Under the pieces are notes generated by a model, which had not been told where the DNA came from, ran no database searches, and worked only from the letters and a program-made list of their open reading frames with translations. Shown here one piece after another: positions 48,011 through 54,692 of a stretch of 54,692 bases of DNA. The first letter of the stretch is position 1; each line of letters begins with the position of its first letter. The position numbers and the translations under genes were made by a program. Origin of the DNA: Octopus bimaculoides. Taxonomy: Eukaryota. The stretch lies in contig NC_068981.1 in NCBI RefSeq assembly GCF_001194135.2, positions 86,888,183 to 86,942,874 of the forward strand, read 5' to 3'.

Positions 48011-48735
48011 ACGCGTGTGTGTGCACGTGTGCATGTATGTGTCGTGCTGTTCAGATAAATGTATTGAAGTAGATATCAAGAATCCACACACTTTATTCGA
48101 ATATTATCTTTACACTTACGCATATACCAGCAAACGTCTTCAAAAGAAATCGATGACAAACCACTCAAAATCTGATAATCGTTAATATTTATGTCTCTAC
48201 ATTTTCTTTATAACAAAAGTGCATCTACCTTCATAACATAGTTTTTTTTTCTAGTTCAACAGAATATGTGAAATATAGTCGCTGTATTATGTATTACACT
48301 TTCATTGCAAACATTTGCTCTGCGCTGTTCTTATTTCACAAGTTATTAAAAGCTAATTTTGTACGGAATTATGCACATGAACTAAATCTAAAAAATGGGT
48401 TGGTTGATATTTGATTGGGTGTTTAGTGAATTTGTACAATGAAATGTTAATTGTAAATATGTCTTGAGGAAAATTGTATGTTCTGCTTGCTTTTGTAGAT
48501 GATGAAGTAGCCATTGCTTATTGGGATTCAGAAAATAGGAAATAAAACTATGAAGTTAAGAAAATGTGTTTTACAAACTGCTAAAAATAAAATTGTTATT
48601 AGTTATTCAATTTTATGGTATGCATAAAAAGGTAAGTGGTGATGAGAATTGGCAATATTTAGTCATAAAAAACATTGTTCTGATTGAAGTTTGCTATGGC
48701 TGTAAAATTTTGAACAATATTTTATGTGCAGTGTA

Positions 48736-49312
48736 AAGGCGGCGAGCTGACAGAATTGTTAGCACGCTGGGAAAAATACTTAGCGGCATTTCGTCCATCT
48801 TTACGTTCTGGGTTCAAATGCCACCGGGGTCGATTTATCATTTCGGGTCGATATAATAAGTACCAGTTGAGCACTTGGATCGATGTAATTAACTCATCCC
48901 CTCTCCTGACAGTTTCAGGCTTTGTGCCTATAATAGAACGGAATATTTTAGGTGCAGTAGGGCAGTGAGCCAGAGAAATGTTAGCACGCCGGGCAAAATG
49001 CTTTCCAGCATTTCATCCGGCGTTATGTTCTGTGTTCAAATACCACAGATGTCGAGTTTACCTCCCATTCTTTCGGGGTTGATCAAATAAGTATCAGTTG
49101 AATACTGGGCTCGATGGAATCGACTTACTGCTTCCCCGAAATTACTGGTCTCGAGCCAAAATTTGAAACTAATATTTTAGGTGCTGGTATAAAGGCGGTG
49201 AGCTGCCAGAATTGTTAGCACACAGGGAAAAACGCTTAGCGGCATTTCGTCCGTCTGTACGTTCTGAGTTCAAATTCCGCCAATCTCTGATTGTGTTCCA
49301 AAATTTGAAATA
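48736..49312 (+). mobile_element. Three tandem SINE family A copies (48736-48941, 48960-49170, 49192-49312)
   Basis: Three aaggcgg/gggcag heads, separated and flanked by AATATTTTAGGTGCAGTA-like repeats. Confidence 0.9.
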
Positions 49313-51171
49313 TATATTTTAAGTGCAGTAAAGAACACTGATTATATAGCAACACATAGAGTTTTATAACAGGAAGTGGTCAATTAATGAATTATGTACG
49401 AAAAAACTAAAGACCTAAAGATGTTAAAATATATTGAAGCTTAAGTTCATGAAACTAGTAACTAGGGGGCCTGTACGAAAAATAGAATGGTTGAATGAAA
49501 AATAAATAATTTTGGAACTGAACTTAGAGTATTGATAATATAAGTAGAGTTATTCTGAAGAGTTTGTAGAAAAGAGAGCTATGATAAAAAAAAATATTTA
49601 AATGTAGCGTCGAATTTATTCAGATATTATATCATGTCTTTTAATATAGTTGTGACTTGAAAACAAAAGTAGAAAGCAAAATATAATTTTGAGAGATTTG
49701 AATGTTGATGAAAAATGAAATTAACTTGGTATTTCTATTGCCCTGTCAAAATCCTGAAGTTATAAATTTTGTCTACTGTGATAATTGAGAAAACAGACCT
49801 CGATCCTTTACTCCACCTAGATCGATAATTTAATATTTTATGTTTAAATTTCACCACGAAAGACTTGACTGTTATCCTATGAGTTTGATAGAATAAGTAT
49901 CATTAATTAGTATTAGTTCAGNNNNNNNNNNNNNNNNNNNNNNNNNNNNNNNNNNNNNNNNNNNNNNNNNNNNNNNNNNNNNNNNNNNNNNNNNNNNNNN
50001 NNNNNNNNNNNNNNNNNNNNNNNNNNNNNNNNNNNNNNNNNNNNNNNNNNNNNNNNNNNNNNNNNNNNNNNNNNNNNNNNNNNNNNNNNNNNNNNNNNNN
50101 NNNNNNNNNNNNNNNNNNNNNNNNNNNNNNNNNNNNNNNNNNNNNNNNNNNNNNNNNNNNNNNNNNNNNNNNNNNNNNNNNNNNNNNNNNNNNNNNNNNN
50201 NNNNNNNNNNNNNNNNNNNNNNNNNNNNNNNNNNNNNNNNNNNNNNNNNNNNNNNNNNNNNNNNNNNNNNNNNNNNNNNNNNNNNNNNNNNNNNNNNNNN
50301 NNNNNNNNNNNNNNNNNNNNNNNNNNNNNNNNNNNNNNNNNNNNNNNNNNNNNNNNNNNNNNNNNNNNNNNNNNNNNNNNNNNNNNNNNNNNNNNNNNNN
50401 NNNNNNNNNNNNNNNNNNNNNNNNNNNNNNNNNNNNNNNNNNNNNNNNNNNNNNNNNNATATATATATATATATATATATATATAATTGAGCAACAACTC
50501 TGCTTTTCGGTCGCAGATGTAAATTTGTGAATAAACCATTATAAATGACGAAAATGTCTTGAAAACTTTAAAAGCTGCCATCATTAGAAAGCTGAATTCG
50601 TGTTGGTTAAGCTAATGAAACAACAGTTGCTCAAAACGTGACTATAATTCAATTATTAGGTGAAGTTATTCAAACTAGAACTTATATGAGTCGTACATAT
50701 AATAAGTATCGCCATGAAGTTTATTCCTTTATACAAATTTTGAAGCACTCTTATAGTAACATTCATGCGGAACGTGTGAATTAACTTGATGTATTAGCTC
50801 GTGAATTAACTTGATAAGTGAATTAGTAAAAAAAAAATCACCCACAGCCTCAGTTTCTCAGCTCATGCACACATTATTCACAAATGGTTCTTGTTAAAAT
50901 AATACACTTATTCGGAAACAAACTAATATAGGCATACCAACTAAGATGGTTGGATTATTCTTTTCAAACGAAAGTACTTGTAAAACTAGTGTCAATCTCA
51001 TTGTTGGCCCCCATACTCACTATAAGTTTTCACGTGTTTACAGTAATAACTTTGGATATTGTCTTTCAAAAAATTGCCCCAGAGTTTCTTGGTGAAGATT
51101 TTGAAAGGCCAGTCAGAGCAAATGTGATAAGGTGACAGGTAAAAGGTGAGACAAGTGTTTAGGGTGGACAT

Positions 51172-51870
51172 GGTTGGTAGACGGAAACTGAAAGAAGCCC
51201 ATCGTATATANNNNNNNNNNNNNNNNNNNNNNNNNNNNNNNNNNNNNNNNNNNNNNNNNNNNNNNNNNNNNNNNNNNNNNNNNNNNNNNNNNNNNNNNNN
51301 NNNNNNNNNNNNNNNNNNNNNNNNNNNNNNNNNNNNNNNNNNNNNNNNNNNNNNNNNNNNNNNNNNNNNNNNNNNNNNNNNNNNNNNNNNNNNNNNNNNN
51401 NNNNNNNNNNNNNNNNNNNNNNNNNNNNNNNNNNNNNNNNNNNNNNNNNNNNNNNNNNNNNNNNNNNNNNNNNNNNNNNNNNNNNNNNNNNNNNNNNNNN
51501 NNNNNNNNNNNNNNNNNNNNNNNNNNNNNNGTAAACAACAAAAGGATGTATTAGTTTAACGCTCGGGAATACAGAAAGTCTTTAACGTTTCGAGCTACGC
51601 TCTTCAACAGAAAGAATACGGAGAAAACAAGGAGAAAAACACGGAGAAAAAAATTGAATGGTTTGGTCAGCGATCTATCATGGCGTCCCCCCCCCCTCAC
51701 CGCTTGACAACCGGTGTTGGTATCTTTACGTCCTCGTAAGATGGCAGTTTGGCAAAAATTGACCAATAGAACAAGTACCAGGCTTTGAAGAGAAAAGCTC
51801 CTTTCAATGTGCTGTTCCAGCATGGCCGTAGTCTAATGACTGAAACAAGTAAAAGATAAAAGATATGTTT
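51172..51870 (+). mobile_element. SINE family B (5' part missing) interrupted by a gap and a PLE tail
   Basis: ggtagacggaaactgaaagaagccc at 51176 and the 3' part ...ccagcatggccgtagtctaatgactgaaacaagtaaaag. Confidence 0.75.
51531..51665 (-). mobile_element. Penelope-like tail with an atypical hammerhead-like motif (51579-51615)
   Basis: The minus strand reads TCTTT-CTGTTGAA-GAGC-GTA-GCTC-GAAA-CG-TT-AAAGA, with stems I and II fully paired. Confidence 0.6.
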
Positions 51871-52039
51871 ATTATTACAAATACAATTATCAAGTCTGAA
51901 GCATAAATCGTTTCATTCCTATAACTACAAAGCACATAAATAAAAAAAGATACTACATATAAAGCACAGAAACGTCTTTAAAATGAATTATGTCCACTTA
52001 TGGAAGACTGATAATTGTTCGTGCAAGCAAGACTCTCCC

Positions 52040-52244
52040 CATCTGGCAGAATTGTTAGCACGCCGGGCGAAATGCTTAGTAGTAATTCGTCTGCCGCTAC
52101 GTTCTGAGTTCAAATTCCGCCGAGGTCGACTTTGCTTTCATCCTTTCGGGGTCGATAACTTAAGTATCAGTTGAGTACTGGGGTCGATGGAATCGACTTG
52201 CCCCTTCCTCCAAATTTTCAGGTCTTGTGCCTATAGTAGAAAAG

Positions 52245-52289
<45 letters not shown>

Positions 52290-52515
52290 GTTGTTGTTGT
52301 TGTTGTTATTGTTGTTGTTGTTGTTGTTGTTGTTGTTATTATTATTAAGGCGGCTAGCTAACACAATGGTTAGCGCGCCAGACAAAATGCTTAGCGGCAT
52401 TTCGTTCATCTATACGTTCTGAGTCCATAATGCCACTGGGTTCAACTTTGCTTTTCGTCCTTTCGGGGCCAATAAAATATGTGCTGGGTGTCGATGTAAT
52501 TGTACCCACCCACCC
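52040..52515 (+). mobile_element. Two SINE family A copies (52040-52250, 52347-52515) joined by a (TTA)(TTG) array
   Basis: Heads ctggcagaattgttagcacg and aaggcggctagctaacac. Confidence 0.85.
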
Positions 52516-52857
52516 CGCACACACACACACATGCACACATTCACGCGTTCACAATGATGCATTCTTAGCAGCTTATGTTACTTGCACTGTTCGTCCTAAA
52601 TTCATAACACGTGTCGACGTGTATGCATAAAAAAAAAATCATTGGCTTTGTCTTTCGACAATTGCCCCCGTTATGTATGCATATATGTATGTATCTATCT
52701 ATTTATATATTTATATATTTATACATGTATGTGTGCTTATATGTATATATGCATGCATACATGCATTTATGCATGCATGTATATATGTATATATGCATGT
52801 TACTATGTACATATACGCATATGTATGTATGTCAGACAGGTTTATCGTCTATCTATC

Positions 52858-52922
<65 letters not shown>

Positions 52923-53299
52923 AGTTATTTATCTTCTACCTATATGTCTATCTATCTAGCCATCTCTCTATCTATGTCTCACTCTATGCCGTTCTGTCTG
53001 TCTATCTACCTCTGTGTCTATTTGCTTGTCTGTCTGTCTGCAAATCTGTCTGCCTAGCTACTTTTCAGTATGTTTGCATGTACGTGTGTATGTATGTATG
53101 TATGTATGTATTTGTTTTTAGCACTATTGCATCAACAAAGACAGTTTTCGGACTGGCGGCTTACTTGTCATACCGTCGGGGTCGATAAAATAAATACAAT
53201 AAGCTGCGAGCTATTCAATCAATTGTGTTTAATCTAAAAAGATATTTCTTTGTGCGTCTGTTAGCAACTGGTGAAATATATAAACATTGTATAGGGACA

Positions 53300-53612
53300 T
53301 GCATGATAATGAGAGAGAAAGAAAGTAAGCGTCGAAAGAGAGAGAGAGGGAGAAGAAAGGGAGGAGCATAAACAAAAAACAAGAAAGAAAATGAAGAACC
53401 GAAAGGAGGGTAGGCATGAAAATGAGGTAAGGAGGAGATAGATGAAAGTAGAAGAGAATGTGAGAGAGAGGGGAGAGGAGAGAGAGAGGAGTAGGAAAGA
53501 TTGAGAGAAAGGGGAGAAAGAGTAGAAAATAGAGTCAGGGGAAATGAGATTTTAAAAAGCTTAAAGAACAAAAGAGGGGAAAAATTAGGCAGCGTAGAGG
53601 GTAAAGCAAGGA

Positions 53613-53658
<46 letters not shown>

Positions 53659-53790
53659 GGGGGTAGAGAGAGAGAGAGGGGGGTAGAGAGAGAGAGAGGG
53701 CGGAGAGACAGATGAGAGGAGGAATAAATACAGGTGGGAAGTAGGAGACGAAGGAAAAAAAAAAGCTGCCAGCAAAGGAAAGAGAATGGT
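53300..53790 (+). repeat. Long polypurine (GA-rich) tract
   Basis: Direct inspection; includes (GA)n and GAGAGGGGGGTA repeats. Confidence 0.85.
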
Positions 53791-54214
53791 AAATAAAGCG
53801 TTAGAATGCTATAATATTTTATAAGATAAATTACAGCTCAGTAGGAAGGAGTTGTTCTAGTTTAAGTCACGTTGACAGCGGCGTGACTGTTTATCAGAAA
53901 TGAATGTTCCTACTTTGAAACATGTTATAGTCTGAGAGAGATTTTAGTTTGATGTTTTGCTTACTGCTAATCTCGTGGGTTTATTTCCCCATTTTGTATC
54001 GTCGAGGACAAATTGACACGCTGTATTTTGTTACGTCCCTTTATGTTTTTAAGTTCAAATCCCTATGCGATTGTCTTTGCCTTTCATACTTTTCGTGGCT
54101 GATAAAATAAATACAATCAAGTGTTGGGTTCGATATTATCGATTATACTGTCATCAAAAAAACTCTCTTTGTACCTATATTAATTGCTTCTGCCTATCCT
54201 CTCATGTCCAGCAT

Positions 54215-54340
54215 CAGTGGATTGACAGAATCGTTAGAGCGTCGAACAAAATGCATTGGTTACCTTGAAGTAACTGAGTTAGTATTTGAGCTTATCGATA
54301 GAAGTTGGAAGTTAACCTCAGCGAGAATTGAACTCATACC
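54215..54340 (+). mobile_element. SINE family A, decayed fragment (further fragments at about 53140-53195 and 54030-54150)
   Basis: gacagaatcgttagagcgtcgaacaaaatgc head-like segment. Confidence 0.5.
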
Positions 54341-54349
54341 ATATATGGG

Positions 54350-54480
54350 CAAGGGCCCGGGAACAGGGGGTGCAGCGGGTGCACCTGCACCCCCTAGAAT
54401 TTTCAGGGGGTGCAAGATCAAAATTTGCACCCCCTACATAATCTTACCAGTTTCAGAAAAAAAGTGTCTAAAATCTATCG
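54350..54480 (+). mobile_element. Probable hAT-type transposon left end
   Basis: CAAGGGCCCGGGAAC terminus followed by repeated GGGGTGCA/TGCACCCC subterminal motifs. The partner end is not seen in the window. Confidence 0.45.
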
Positions 54481-54692
54481 GTATAAAATGTTTATTTCGA
54501 TCTCGTTTCAAAACAAAGAAAAAAATAAATAAATAAATAAATAAATAAAAGTGATGAAGCTGGCATAAAATTCCCTAGGGAGTTTAGGACCACTAATTTC
54601 TGAAGGAAAGTAGCGTCAAAATACAAAAAAATAAGTGACAATAACAGCAGTAGCAGCAACAATAACAACAACAAAACCAGCATGTATAGTTA

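Noticed and set aside
50618-50650. Additional hammerhead candidates (CTAATGA...CAAAACGTGAC here; also about 27210, 30140 and 46532)
   Set aside because: Each needs three or more core changes or lacks stems II and I, so they are not distinguishable from chance.

Overview
AT-rich, microsatellite-dense eukaryotic DNA with about 13 N gaps. The SINE families and repeat landscape suggest a coleoid cephalopod, most likely Octopus; this is an inference from recognised repeats, and no database search was run. I find no host protein-coding exon, rRNA, true tRNA gene or CRISPR array that I can support, and most ORFs in the supplied track are microsatellite or N-gap artefacts. The window is a graveyard of decayed transposons: two mariner fragments, a Chapaev3-like CMC element, a DD37E (TRT-type) Tc1 element with long TIRs, a hAT transposase, hAT and piggyBac MITEs, a probable non-autonomous Helitron, RTE, L1/Tx1-like, R4/Dong-like and Hero-like LINE fragments, a solo LTR, about 25 tRNA-derived SINE copies, and several Penelope-like (PLE) remnants. 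Three signals are not explained by the ORF track. (1) At least eight type I hammerhead-ribozyme-like motifs, most with damaged or variant cores, sit in PLE tails that abut microsatellites. (2) Several long foldback inverted repeats are present, and one is centred exactly on a hammerhead core. (3) SINE clusters carry the same 15-18 nt target sequence between every copy, consistent with serial insertion into a regenerated target site.
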